DNA of 64,000 nucleotides, from contig CAZEKH010000002.1 in NCBI GenBank assembly GCA_964512925.1, positions 57,831 through 121,830 on the forward strand, in the 5' to 3' direction. Below the pieces are notes generated by a model. It was not told where the DNA came from, did not search any database, and saw only the letters and a list, made by a program, of their open reading frames with translations. Made by a program: the position numbers and the translations under genes. Below are positions 9,407 through 18,527 of this stretch, in pieces (the first letter of the stretch is position 1; every line of letters begins with the position of its first letter). The DNA comes from an uncultured Candidatus Saccharibacteria bacterium. GTDB lineage: Bacteria > Patescibacteriota > Doudnabacteria > UBA920.

Positions 9407-10510
9407 ATGAATTTAGCCATAATATTTTTTTTAAGTATCGTTGAAGGAATTATCCTGTTTGGACATTTTTTAGTTTACAAAACTTTGACCAAATTCTGGC
9501 CGGCCGTCGCTTTTTGGCCCAACCTGAAACTTATCACTTTAATTTTAGGTTTTAGTTTTTTGATATTTTCCATACTTATCAACTACCAATTCAACTGGTT
9601 TTTATCCTGGGGCTACTATGTTTCTTCAGTTTGGCTCGGGACTCTGCATCTGCTGGTCTGGGCCAGCATCGCAGTTTGGCTTTTGTATATCCCGGTGAAA
9701 ATTTTTGGTTTAAATGTTTCAATGCTCTTGTCCGTAAAAACGCTTTTTTCTCTGGCTATTTTGTTTAGCCTGTACGGCTTATATCATTCTTACCAAACCC
9801 GCGTAACCGCTTACGAGGTAACCCTGCCAAACCTGCCCGCATACTGGCAAGGCAAAAAAATCGCGCTCGTAGCTGATACCCACCTGGGAGATGTCACAAA
9901 CATCGGTTTTTCAAAAAAAATCGCCAAACTTATCGCGGAGCAAAATCCCGAAGCAGTCCTAATCGCCGGGGATTTTTTTGACGGACCGCCAGCCAATTTT
10001 ACGGAACTGGCGATGCCGTTTGGACAGATCAAAGCCCCGTCCGGCGTGTTTTTTGCCAATGGCAACCACGAAGAATTTTCCGACAACCGCCCGTTTGCCG
10101 AAGCCATACAAGCTTCCGGCATTGTCAATGTGACAAACAAAAAAACCGAAGTTAAGGGCCTGCAAATTTTAGGCGTGTCATATGCAGGCACTGGCAAGTA
10201 TGAGGGGCTCTTAGCCCACTTAAAGCCTCTGGAGATAGACCCGAAAAAACCATCTATCCTCATCAAACACTCGCCCAACGCTCTTTCTGCCGCAGCAGAG
10301 TCAGGCGTCAGCCTGACAGTATCTGGCCACAGCCATAGTGGCCAAGTCTGGCCTGGAATGTATTTTACCCGCAAAATTTTCAAAGGCTATGACTACGGCC
10401 TAAAACCATTTGGCAAAATGCTTCAGATAACCACCTCAGGCGCCGGCACCTGGGGGCCCCCGCAGCGCCTGGGCACCAACAGTGAAATTGTCATTCTAAC
10501 TTTAAACTAA
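9407..10510 (+). CDS. membrane-anchored calcineurin-like metallophosphoesterase
   Basis: N-terminal TM helices. Phosphoesterase motifs DTHLG, GDFFDG, GNHE and GHSHSG occur in order. Start abuts the stop of the upstream gene. Confidence 0.8.
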   Translation: MNLAIIFFLSIVEGIILFGHFLVYKTLTKFWPAVAFWPNLKLITLILGFSFLIFSILINYQFNWFLSWGYYVSSVWLGTLHLLVWASIAVWLLYIPVKIFGLNVSMLLSVKTLFSLAILFSLYGLYHSYQTRVTAYEVTLPNLPAYWQGKKIALVADTHLGDVTNIGFSKKIAKLIAEQNPEAVLIAGDFFDGPPANFTELAMPFGQIKAPSGVFFANGNHEEFSDNRPFAEAIQASGIVNVTNKKTEVKGLQILGVSYAGTGKYEGLLAHLKPLEIDPKKPSILIKHSPNALSAAAESGVSLTVSGHSHSGQVWPGMYFTRKIFKGYDYGLKPFGKMLQITTSGAGTWGPPQRLGTNSEIVILTLN

Positions 10511-10621
10511 AGGCTCGCAGTTCCGCCAGGAGAAGCCAGCTTAAATGATTTAGCTTAAGTCCTAAATCTGTAACTTTATTTTGTTTAAAGCGTATTTATA
10601 TACATAAACACAAAGCCAAGT

Positions 10622-11179
10622 ATGACTGAACAGGATGCGATTTCTGCCGTATTAAGCGGCCAAACAGAAAGGTTTTCAGAAATTTATGATTCTTATATCA
10701 AGAAAATCTACGATTTTTTATATGCCCGAACTTTGCACAAACCAACAGCCGAAGATCTAACTTCCCAAGTATTTTTTAAGGCTTATAAAAATTTGTTCCA
10801 ATACAAGCCTAACAAAATAGGAGTCGGGCCCTGGCTGTACGGCATCGCCAGGAACACCCTGATAGACCACTTTAGGCAAAACAAAACCGAACTGCCCATT
10901 GAGACGGTATACGACCTTTCTTCAGACAGTCGGCCGGAGGTAGACACGGACCAGCAAATCAGAAAAGAGCATATAACTAAGCTTTTAAATTTTTTATCGC
11001 CAAAACACAAACAAATCGTGTTATTGCGCCTGTGGGAAGGTTTGTCGCACCAGGAAATCGCCCAAGCGCTCAACATCAGCGAAGCCTCCAGTAAAACAGA
11101 ATTTTTTCGAGCAATCAAATCTCTCAAAGAACACTCAGGCGGTTTAATGTTAGCCTTTATACTATTAACAAAATTCTAA
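10622..11179 (+). CDS. ECF-type RNA polymerase sigma-70 factor
   Basis: Region 2 (GIARNTLIDHFRQ) and region 4 HTH (LLRLWEGLSHQEIAQALNISE). Confidence 0.85.
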   Translation: MTEQDAISAVLSGQTERFSEIYDSYIKKIYDFLYARTLHKPTAEDLTSQVFFKAYKNLFQYKPNKIGVGPWLYGIARNTLIDHFRQNKTELPIETVYDLSSDSRPEVDTDQQIRKEHITKLLNFLSPKHKQIVLLRLWEGLSHQEIAQALNISEASSKTEFFRAIKSLKEHSGGLMLAFILLTKF

Positions 11180-13453
11180 ATGGAAAATTCTGCCGACATT
11201 TTAAAAGAGCTTTACGCCATAGATCCTTCGCTGAAAGAATACGAAGGCAGGCTTTTGCCGATTTTACAAAAATTAATCCGTGAAAAACCCGCCTCTATAC
11301 TTGATCCCGCTTTTGTCCAAACATTAAAACAGCGGCTTGTGGAAGATAATAAACTTCCAGAAACCGCGGCTCAATCATCTATCATTAACTTTTTTTCTAT
11401 GAACAAATTCGCATACGGCTCATTTGCGGTCCTCACAGCAATGGTCATCGCCGGCGTTAGTTTTTACGCCGGGCAAAAAAAATCCGGTCAATTAATTAAG
11501 TTGCCGAACATCTCTGACACTGTCAGCCTGAAAAACAATCCAAAAACCCAAAGTTCGCTGAAAACTTTTGCTTCCGGGGAAGAATACCTTTCTTACCTAG
11601 AAACAGCGCAGAGCTCTTACGGATATGGAGGCGGAGGCGGCTTGATGGAAAAAACCCTGGTCGCGCCAATGTCTGCTTCAGACTCTGCCGGAATTTTACA
11701 AAATGAATTTAGAGCTGCACCCACCTCTAACCTTACCGCAAATTCAGCACCAAGATCTTCCCAAACCAACACACAGGTTTTAAGCATTGACGAACCTGAT
11801 GTGGTTAAAAATGACGGAAAAAATCTTTTTGTTTCAATTGACAATCCGATTTATTATTTTAGACAACCTCTGCCATTTGAAGGCGATATGCCTCAACCGG
11901 GCTCCAAAATTCTTCCACCATATAGCCAACCACAATCACAAACCCAAATCTTAGCCGCCTTTCCTCCTGAGGGTCTTAAAAAATTAGGCAAAATAGACAA
12001 GCAGGGTGAACTGCTTCTGTCCGGCAATACTTTAATGATTTTTTCTTACGAGGGCGTCTCGGCTTTTGATGTTTCTGACAAGCAAAATCCTAAAACAGCC
12101 TGGAAACTCAAATACGAACAAAACAGCCAGCTAGCCACGGCTCGCCTTTTTGAAGGCAAACTTTATATGGTTACCAGAAGCTACCCAGACTACGGCTTGC
12201 CTTGCCCAATTATGCCCCTATCCGTGGACAATGCAAAAATTGAAATCGCCTGCAACCAAATCTATCATCCTGTCTCCCCGATTTCAGACACCAGCCTGTT
12301 TTCAGCTTTTAAAATAGACCCAAAAAACGGACAAGTGGAAAACAAAAGTTCGTTTATGGGCTCCTACGGCCAATCAGTCGCCTATATGTCGGAAAACGCC
12401 CTCTATATAACATACTCTTACCAGCCAGACCAAATCAAAACTTTGCTCAGCTTTTTAAATGAAGACGGCAAAAACTTTTTTTCTTCCGAACTCATAAGCA
12501 AAATTAAACGTCTGGATTCTTATGAGTTAAGCCAAAGCGCAAAAATGGTAGAATTGCAAAACCTTCTCTACTCCTGGCAAAAAGGCGCGGATCAAGACGA
12601 GATGCTGAAAAAACAAACAGAACTGGAAAATCTGGCGCAAAGCTATATCAAAAAACACCAGCGCGAACTAAGCTTAACCGGCATTGCCAAAATCTCCTTA
12701 AAAAATATGTCCGTGGAAAAAACCGCATCAGTGCCAGGAACGCCTTTAAACCAGTTTTCCCTGGATGAATACAAAAACAATCTAAGAATCGCCGTAACCA
12801 TCGGCTCCCAGGGTGGATTTTTCTGGGGCGGTTGGTCTGCCAGTCAAAACACTGTCAACGATGTCTATGTTTTAGACAGCGATCTGGATATTTCCGGCGC
12901 AGTCCGCGACCTTGGCAAAGGCGAAACCATCCATTCAGCCCGCTTTATAGGTAACCGCGGTTATGTCGTAACTTTCCGCCAAACCGACCCGTTCTATGTG
13001 CTGGACTTGTCCAATGCAAAAAATCCCCAGCTTTCTGGCGAACTTAAAATTCCTGGTTTTTCCTCTTACCTGCACCCGCTCAAAGACGATTTGATCTTGG
13101 GAGTTGGCCAGGAAAACAGTAAGGTTAAACTCTCCTTGTTTGACGTATCAAACCCGACCAATCCTCTGGAAGTGGACAAATATATGTTAAATGAGTACTG
13201 GTCAGAGGCGCAACAAAACCATCACGCCTTTTTGCAGGATGAAAAATATCAAGTCTTCTTTTTGCCAGGCGGGCAAAATGGCTATGTGGTTTCCTATAAA
13301 AATAACCGTCTAAATTTGGAAAAAGCCATTGCCTCCACCCAAACCAAACGGGCGGTATATATGGGCGACTATCTCTATATAATCGGTACTGACAAAATTT
13401 CAGTGTACAGTGAAAAAACTTGGGAGAAGGTGAAAGAGTTGGACATACAATAA
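11180..13453 (+). CDS. putative membrane-spanning anti-sigma factor with large extracytoplasmic beta-propeller-like domain
   Basis: Starts 1 nt after the sigma factor stop. About 80-aa cytoplasmic N-terminus, one TM helix (FAVLTAMVIAGVSFYAG), then about 650 aa extracellular. Domain identity is uncertain. Confidence 0.5.
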   Translation: MENSADILKELYAIDPSLKEYEGRLLPILQKLIREKPASILDPAFVQTLKQRLVEDNKLPETAAQSSIINFFSMNKFAYGSFAVLTAMVIAGVSFYAGQKKSGQLIKLPNISDTVSLKNNPKTQSSLKTFASGEEYLSYLETAQSSYGYGGGGGLMEKTLVAPMSASDSAGILQNEFRAAPTSNLTANSAPRSSQTNTQVLSIDEPDVVKNDGKNLFVSIDNPIYYFRQPLPFEGDMPQPGSKILPPYSQPQSQTQILAAFPPEGLKKLGKIDKQGELLLSGNTLMIFSYEGVSAFDVSDKQNPKTAWKLKYEQNSQLATARLFEGKLYMVTRSYPDYGLPCPIMPLSVDNAKIEIACNQIYHPVSPISDTSLFSAFKIDPKNGQVENKSSFMGSYGQSVAYMSENALYITYSYQPDQIKTLLSFLNEDGKNFFSSELISKIKRLDSYELSQSAKMVELQNLLYSWQKGADQDEMLKKQTELENLAQSYIKKHQRELSLTGIAKISLKNMSVEKTASVPGTPLNQFSLDEYKNNLRIAVTIGSQGGFFWGGWSASQNTVNDVYVLDSDLDISGAVRDLGKGETIHSARFIGNRGYVVTFRQTDPFYVLDLSNAKNPQLSGELKIPGFSSYLHPLKDDLILGVGQENSKVKLSLFDVSNPTNPLEVDKYMLNEYWSEAQQNHHAFLQDEKYQVFFLPGGQNGYVVSYKNNRLNLEKAIASTQTKRAVYMGDYLYIIGTDKISVYSEKTWEKVKELDIQ

Positions 13454-13543
13454 TTATCTTTGATCCTTAATCTTTAATCCTTTATCCTTTTTTAGATATT
13501 TGTAGGTATCTGTAGATTTGGATAAATTTGTAAATTTGAATTT

Positions 13544-13921
13544 ATGAATGAAGAAGAACTTAAAAAGAAACTCACTCCCGAGCAATACAAAATCCTCAGG
13601 GAAAAAGGCACGGAAAGACCTTTTTCCAGTCCGCTTTTAGATATGAAAGAGCCGGCTGAATTTGCCTGCGCTGCCTGCGGAAATGTGTTGTTTGACTCCA
13701 AAGCCAAATTTGACTCTGGCACCGGCTGGCCAAGTTTTGATCAGGCTTTACCCGGAGCAGTTAAATTTTCCGAAGACACTGAGTACGGTATGACCCGCAC
13801 CGAAGTTACTTGCGCCCAATGCGGCAGCCACTTAGGTCATGTATTTGAAGATGGACCCGCTGAAAGCACTGGCAAACGCTTTTGCATCAACGGCGCCTGC
13901 TTGCTAGTAAACAAGCACTAA
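13544..13921 (+). CDS. msrB: peptide-methionine (R)-S-oxide reductase MsrB
   Basis: Two CxxC zinc motifs (CAACGN..., CAQCGSHLGHVF), GWPSF and HLGHVFxDGP signature. Confidence 0.9.
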   Translation: MNEEELKKKLTPEQYKILREKGTERPFSSPLLDMKEPAEFACAACGNVLFDSKAKFDSGTGWPSFDQALPGAVKFSEDTEYGMTRTEVTCAQCGSHLGHVFEDGPAESTGKRFCINGACLLVNKH

Positions 13922-13990
13922 GAGCTTACACCAAGATGGAAGTCTTTAAAAAAGACTTCCATCTTTTATTTGCGCTGAAAACTGGCTTGG

Positions 13991-14527
13991 GTGTATGATA
14001 TGCTTATGAACGAATTGGAAGAAAAAAACCTGCACGAACACCTGGTTCGTAAAAGCGTGTCTGTTTTGCTTTTCAAGGGCGGACTGGTTTTTTTCTTTTA
14101 CTATGCCGTAAGCCTCTTTCTCCGCTGGATGGAAAAAAACAACGCCAATTCGTTGCAAAACTTTACCGGCCTACAATATCAGTCTTCTGCTTCACCCCTG
14201 ACTTATGCAATTTATATCTGGCCGATATTTTTTGGCCTGGTGATGCTGGTTGTGGTTTTGTCCTGGGTCTATGAATATTATATTTTTAAGCTGGACAGGA
14301 TTATTGTCAGAAAGGGCATCCTGTTCAGCTCTGAAGCAGTCTATGAGATAGAAAACATTCACGCAGCCGACGTCTTCCAAGGACTTGTGGGAAAAATCCT
14401 GGACACCGGCACCTTGATCCTAAAATACGGCGCCCGGGGCGTAGAAAAAACCGTGGTCTTAAAAAATATTCCCCGTCCGTATCATGTACTTTCCACAGTA
14501 AAAAATCCATCAGGCAATATATCCTGA
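13991..14527 (+). CDS. membrane protein with bacterial PH (bPH_2/YdbS-like) domain
   Basis: Two TM helices followed by RIIVRKGILFSSEAVYEIENIH...VLKNIPRP, typical of the bPH_2 family. Confidence 0.55.
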   Translation: MYDMLMNELEEKNLHEHLVRKSVSVLLFKGGLVFFFYYAVSLFLRWMEKNNANSLQNFTGLQYQSSASPLTYAIYIWPIFFGLVMLVVVLSWVYEYYIFKLDRIIVRKGILFSSEAVYEIENIHAADVFQGLVGKILDTGTLILKYGARGVEKTVVLKNIPRPYHVLSTVKNPSGNIS

Positions 14528-14614
14528 ATAACTCATCCCCGTCCCTCTTCAAAGGCCGGGGTTTGCTTTTAAATATTGCTTCAGATAAAATATCTGAAAG
14601 ATTAACTTTTATAT

Positions 14615-15544
14615 ATGTCAAAAAATAAATATATTACCATCGGTCTTGTCCAGACAAAAGTTTCCGCTGATATTAAAATCAATGTGGAAAAAACAATCAG
14701 ACTAATAGGTCAAGCGGCAAAAAAAGGCGCGAAAATTATCGCTCTTCAGGAACTTTTCCAAACCCCATACTTTCCCCAGTGGGAAAAAAAGAACAAAGAC
14801 GACTACGCTGAAACCCTTAGCGGCTATACTGTTTTGGAAATGAAGAAAGCTGCGGTGAAATACAAAGTGACTTTGGTCGTTCCAATTTACGAAAAAAAGG
14901 GCAAAAAATACTTCAACACCGCCATTGTCTTAAACAAACTCGGAAAAATAGTCGGTCAGTACCACAAAATTCATATTCCCCACGATCCGGGATTTTACGA
15001 AAAGGAGTATTTTGAACATTCAACCGAAGGCTACAAAATTTTTCAAGTAGACAATGTAAAATTTGCGGTCTTAATCTGCTACGACCAGTGGTTTCCGGAA
15101 GCAGCCCGCATGGCGCGGCTTTCCGGCGCGGAAATAATTTTTTATCCCACAGCCATTGCCGATATCATTGGCTATAGGCATAAAAATGACTGGCACGATG
15201 CCTGGGAAACTTCTATGCGGGGACACGCCATAGCTAACAGTGTTTATGTGGCAGCTATAAACCGCACCGGTACAGAAGGACGCTGTAAATTTTGGGGCCA
15301 GTCTTTTGTTGCCGATGCCTGGGGCAAAGTGTTAAAAAGAACCTCCAAAGACAGGGAAGAGGTGCTGGTGCAAAAAATTGATCTGGAATACAACAAATTT
15401 CTTTCCGAAGGTTGGGGCTTTTTAAGAAACCGCAGACCGGACACATACAAAGACCTAGTGTCAAACAAGCTGATAAAAAAATCCAAAAAACTCGCTAGTG
15501 TAGACCATTACGCGGACGAAAAACGCGCTCTTGGACAATTGTAA
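14615..15544 (+). CDS. aguB: N-carbamoylputrescine amidase (carbon-nitrogen hydrolase family)
   Basis: CN-hydrolase Glu-Lys-Cys triad context (IALQELF, ...CYDQWFPE). Adjacent to agmatine deiminase. Confidence 0.8.
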   Translation: MSKNKYITIGLVQTKVSADIKINVEKTIRLIGQAAKKGAKIIALQELFQTPYFPQWEKKNKDDYAETLSGYTVLEMKKAAVKYKVTLVVPIYEKKGKKYFNTAIVLNKLGKIVGQYHKIHIPHDPGFYEKEYFEHSTEGYKIFQVDNVKFAVLICYDQWFPEAARMARLSGAEIIFYPTAIADIIGYRHKNDWHDAWETSMRGHAIANSVYVAAINRTGTEGRCKFWGQSFVADAWGKVLKRTSKDREEVLVQKIDLEYNKFLSEGWGFLRNRRPDTYKDLVSNKLIKKSKKLASVDHYADEKRALGQL

Positions 15545-15652
15545 TTTTTTTTCTTTATTTTTTTCACTTTCCCGCTTCAATGTTGAAATAATTTAACCAA
15601 TAATAATTAAAGACTCCAACCAGTTAATAATTTTGTTCATTTTTGTTCAATT

Positions 15653-16705
15653 ATGGTCAATTTTGTCAATTCTAAATACCTTCTTCCCGCCGAATGGGAA
15701 CCACATCAAGCCATCTGGCTAGCCTGGCCACATGACACTATTACATTTCCTACCAGCCTAAACAAAGTCAGGACAGATGTAGTTAAAATAATTTCTGCCA
15801 TCCACCAAAGCGAACAAGTGGAGCTTTTAGTTTTGGATGACGCTATGCAAAAACAAGCCTCAGATAAACTACAAATAGCCGGTATAGACCTGTCCAAAAT
15901 AACTTTCAGACAAACTGATTATATGGACGGATGGATGCGCGACTGCAGCGGGCTTACAGTAAAAGACGAAACAGGAAAACCCAGCTTAATAAATTTCATA
16001 TTTAACATCTGGGGCAACAAATTTCCAGACCTGGAGATAGACAAACAAATCGCGGAAAAAGTCAGTACCTGGGTCGGTATAAGCAAAATAGACCTACCGA
16101 TTGTTCTAGAGGGTGGAGCCATAGATGTAAACGGCTCCGGCGTTCTTCTGACCACTGAGCAGTGTCTGTTAAATATAAACCGAAACCCTGGCAAAACCAA
16201 AGAGGAACTGGAGAAATATTTTGCAGAATACTTGGGCGTAAAAAAAACCATTTGGCTGAAAAAAGGCCTGTTTAACGACCACACCGACGGGCATATAGAC
16301 GACATCGCCCGGTTTGCCTCTGCAAATACTATCCTTTGCGCATTTGAAGAAAACCCCGAAGACGAAAACTACCAGTCTTTAAAAGATAATTTTGAACAGC
16401 TTTCAAAAGAAACTGACGCTTTTGGCAAACCATTCCAAATCATAAAACTGCCTATGCCCCACTTTTCCTACGAAGTGGAAGCTGCCGGCACCCACTCCAA
16501 AAAAGCTCCCGCCTCCTATACCAATTTTTACATTGGCAACACTGTGGTGTTAGTCCCGGTTTACAACGACCCAAGCGACACAAAAGCTCTGGAAATAATC
16601 CAAAAATGTTTTCCTAACAAAAAAGTTGTCGGTATAGAATGCAGAGACCTCCTCTACGGCGGCGGCGCAGTCCACTGCCTAACTATGCAGCAGCCTGCAA
16701 ACTAG
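15653..16705 (+). CDS. aguA: agmatine deiminase (PAD_porph family)
   Basis: WLAWPHD at the N-terminus and C-terminal GGGAVHCLTMQQP catalytic-Cys signature. Confidence 0.9.
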   Translation: MVNFVNSKYLLPAEWEPHQAIWLAWPHDTITFPTSLNKVRTDVVKIISAIHQSEQVELLVLDDAMQKQASDKLQIAGIDLSKITFRQTDYMDGWMRDCSGLTVKDETGKPSLINFIFNIWGNKFPDLEIDKQIAEKVSTWVGISKIDLPIVLEGGAIDVNGSGVLLTTEQCLLNINRNPGKTKEELEKYFAEYLGVKKTIWLKKGLFNDHTDGHIDDIARFASANTILCAFEENPEDENYQSLKDNFEQLSKETDAFGKPFQIIKLPMPHFSYEVEAAGTHSKKAPASYTNFYIGNTVVLVPVYNDPSDTKALEIIQKCFPNKKVVGIECRDLLYGGGAVHCLTMQQPAN

Positions 16706-16752
16706 GGGGTAGCGTATAGGGTACAGTAGATTAAAAAAATAGAATCAAAACT

Positions 16753-16780
16753 TTGACAGATATTTTGCATCTGGTAAAAT
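16753..16780 (+). promoter_or_regulatory. sigma-70-like promoter candidate (TTGACA-N16-TAAAAT) upstream of the deoxyhypusine-synthase-like gene
   Basis: Read directly from the sequence. It lies about 150 nt upstream of the ATG, with two hairpins in the leader. Confidence 0.3.
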
Positions 16781-16933
16781 AATTTTGACATTAATTTTCG
16801 CTTGAACTTGTTTAAGTCCCCTCTCTTTTACAAAGAGAGGGTTAGGGTGAGTTAAAAAAACTTCTCCCATCCCGCTGAATTAAAATAGCGGGAGAGAATA
16901 CCGAGAAATTCGCGGAAAGCAAAAAGGATAAAA

Positions 16934-18034
16934 ATGGACAAGAAAAAAATTGGTAAACTTTCTAAAGGTTTGCAGGAACTCATACAAGAAGAACCAAACG
17001 CAAAGACTAGCGGGACAGTCAGTCAGTTTGTCAGTAAATCAGTAAAACCGGTTTCGGCTTACGCTGAAAGGACGCTTAACCACTTAAACGGCGGTTCTAC
17101 TTTGCAGGCGGCTTTATGGCTAAAAGAACATTTAAAAAACGGCGGTAAAATTGTAGTTACTTTGGCCGGCGCCCTCTCCTCTTTTCAAGTGGGCGTAATG
17201 CTTTCAGAACTCATAAGAAAAAACAAAGTTCATTTAGTTTCCGCCACCGGAGCCAACCACGAAGAAAGCTACTACCGCTATGTAGCCCACTCCCACTATG
17301 CCTATATCCCCCGCTATACAGAGCTAACTCCAGAGCAGGAAGCTGAACTGCGGGATGCCGGACTTAGGAGAATAACCGACACTTTTTTGCCTGAAGACGA
17401 AAGCGTCAGGATAATGGAGCCTCACCTTTTGAAAATGTGGAAAGAAGCTGAGAAAAAAAATGAAAGCTATTTTCCCCATGAATATTTTAGAAGGCTCTAT
17501 AAAGAAAAACTCATCAAACCAGACCCCAAAGCAAACCCTCTGGACGCTTGGACTTACGCGGCATTTGAAAAAAACATTCCTATTGTTATCCCAGGCTTTG
17601 AAGACAGCACAATGGGCAATATTTTTGCCAGCTATACCTACAAAGGCTCATTAAAAAGCAAAAAAGATGTATTTTTAAATGGTAGTGTAATGAAGACCGG
17701 ACTAGACTATTTCCACCTAATGTATGACTGGTACGCCAAAGAAAGCAAAGACGCGCCCATAGCTTTCCTACAGCTCGGCGGCGGTATAGCAGCTGACTTT
17801 CCGATCTGTGTCGTACCTTCCATCAAGCACGATCTTAAACACCACAAAGTCCGGGACTGGGCAGGCTTCATAGAAATCGGTTCCTCGCCTATGTCCTACG
17901 GCTCCTACTCAGGAGCTGGCGGCAAGGAAAAGATAACCTGGGACAAACTCTCCACCCAAAGCTACTATCAGATCATCCAAAGCGATGTTACAGTTGCTTT
18001 CCCCTGGATAGCCGCCATACTTTTAGACTTATAA
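16934..18034 (+). CDS. deoxyhypusine synthase-like protein (probable homospermidine synthase)
   Basis: DHS-family NAD-binding pattern (VTLAGALSS..., ...VSATGANHEESY). It follows the aguA and aguB genes. Confidence 0.75.
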   Translation: MDKKKIGKLSKGLQELIQEEPNAKTSGTVSQFVSKSVKPVSAYAERTLNHLNGGSTLQAALWLKEHLKNGGKIVVTLAGALSSFQVGVMLSELIRKNKVHLVSATGANHEESYYRYVAHSHYAYIPRYTELTPEQEAELRDAGLRRITDTFLPEDESVRIMEPHLLKMWKEAEKKNESYFPHEYFRRLYKEKLIKPDPKANPLDAWTYAAFEKNIPIVIPGFEDSTMGNIFASYTYKGSLKSKKDVFLNGSVMKTGLDYFHLMYDWYAKESKDAPIAFLQLGGGIAADFPICVVPSIKHDLKHHKVRDWAGFIEIGSSPMSYGSYSGAGGKEKITWDKLSTQSYYQIIQSDVTVAFPWIAAILLDL

Positions 18035-18147
18035 TATTAGCCTCATAAAAAACAATAAACCCCGCTATCCTAAAATGGAGTAGCGGGGTTTACCCAGCCC
18101 AAATAAATGAAATTAAATACAAATTTAAAAATTTTTTGAAAAACAAA

Positions 18148-18195
18148 CAATAAACCCAGCTCACGACTTTTAATCAAATCATTTGAGCTGGGTTT
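18148..18195. terminator. terminator-like hairpin in the convergent intergenic region
   Basis: AAACCCAGCTCA...TGAGCTGGGTTT with T-rich flank on the minus-strand side. Confidence 0.35.
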
Positions 18196-18527
18196 ACTTT
18201 GAGGTAACTTTTCCCATATGCGATTTTCTTTTTTTCTACTTATCCGCCAGTTCGGCGAAGTTAGATGTAAGGCTTAGCCGCCTTTAGGGCTTTTCGCTGA
18301 TCCGCCATAAGGCGGAGGAAAAGCTACCCGAGTGACCTAAAACCGTTAATCATCTATTACATTCCTTTCTAAATATATCGTACTCCCGTAAAATTTACCC
18401 GTCAATGCCATTTATCCACCGCTTGGCTTAAATAATAAACAAAATAAAAAACCCGCCATTTCCAGGCGGATTTTTATTTGATTTTAAAAATATTATGTGT
18501 GCAATTTTACTTAATTTTGCTCAATTT

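Noticed and set aside
9811-10383. 190-aa minus-strand ORF within the metallophosphoesterase gene
   Set aside because: Antisense to a gene with complete phosphoesterase motifs.
13454-13543. Short direct repeats (TAATCCTTTA-like x3, ATTTGTA x3) upstream of msrB
   Set aside because: Low-complexity AT-rich intergenic repeats. There is no evidence of function beyond a possible promoter or UP-element.
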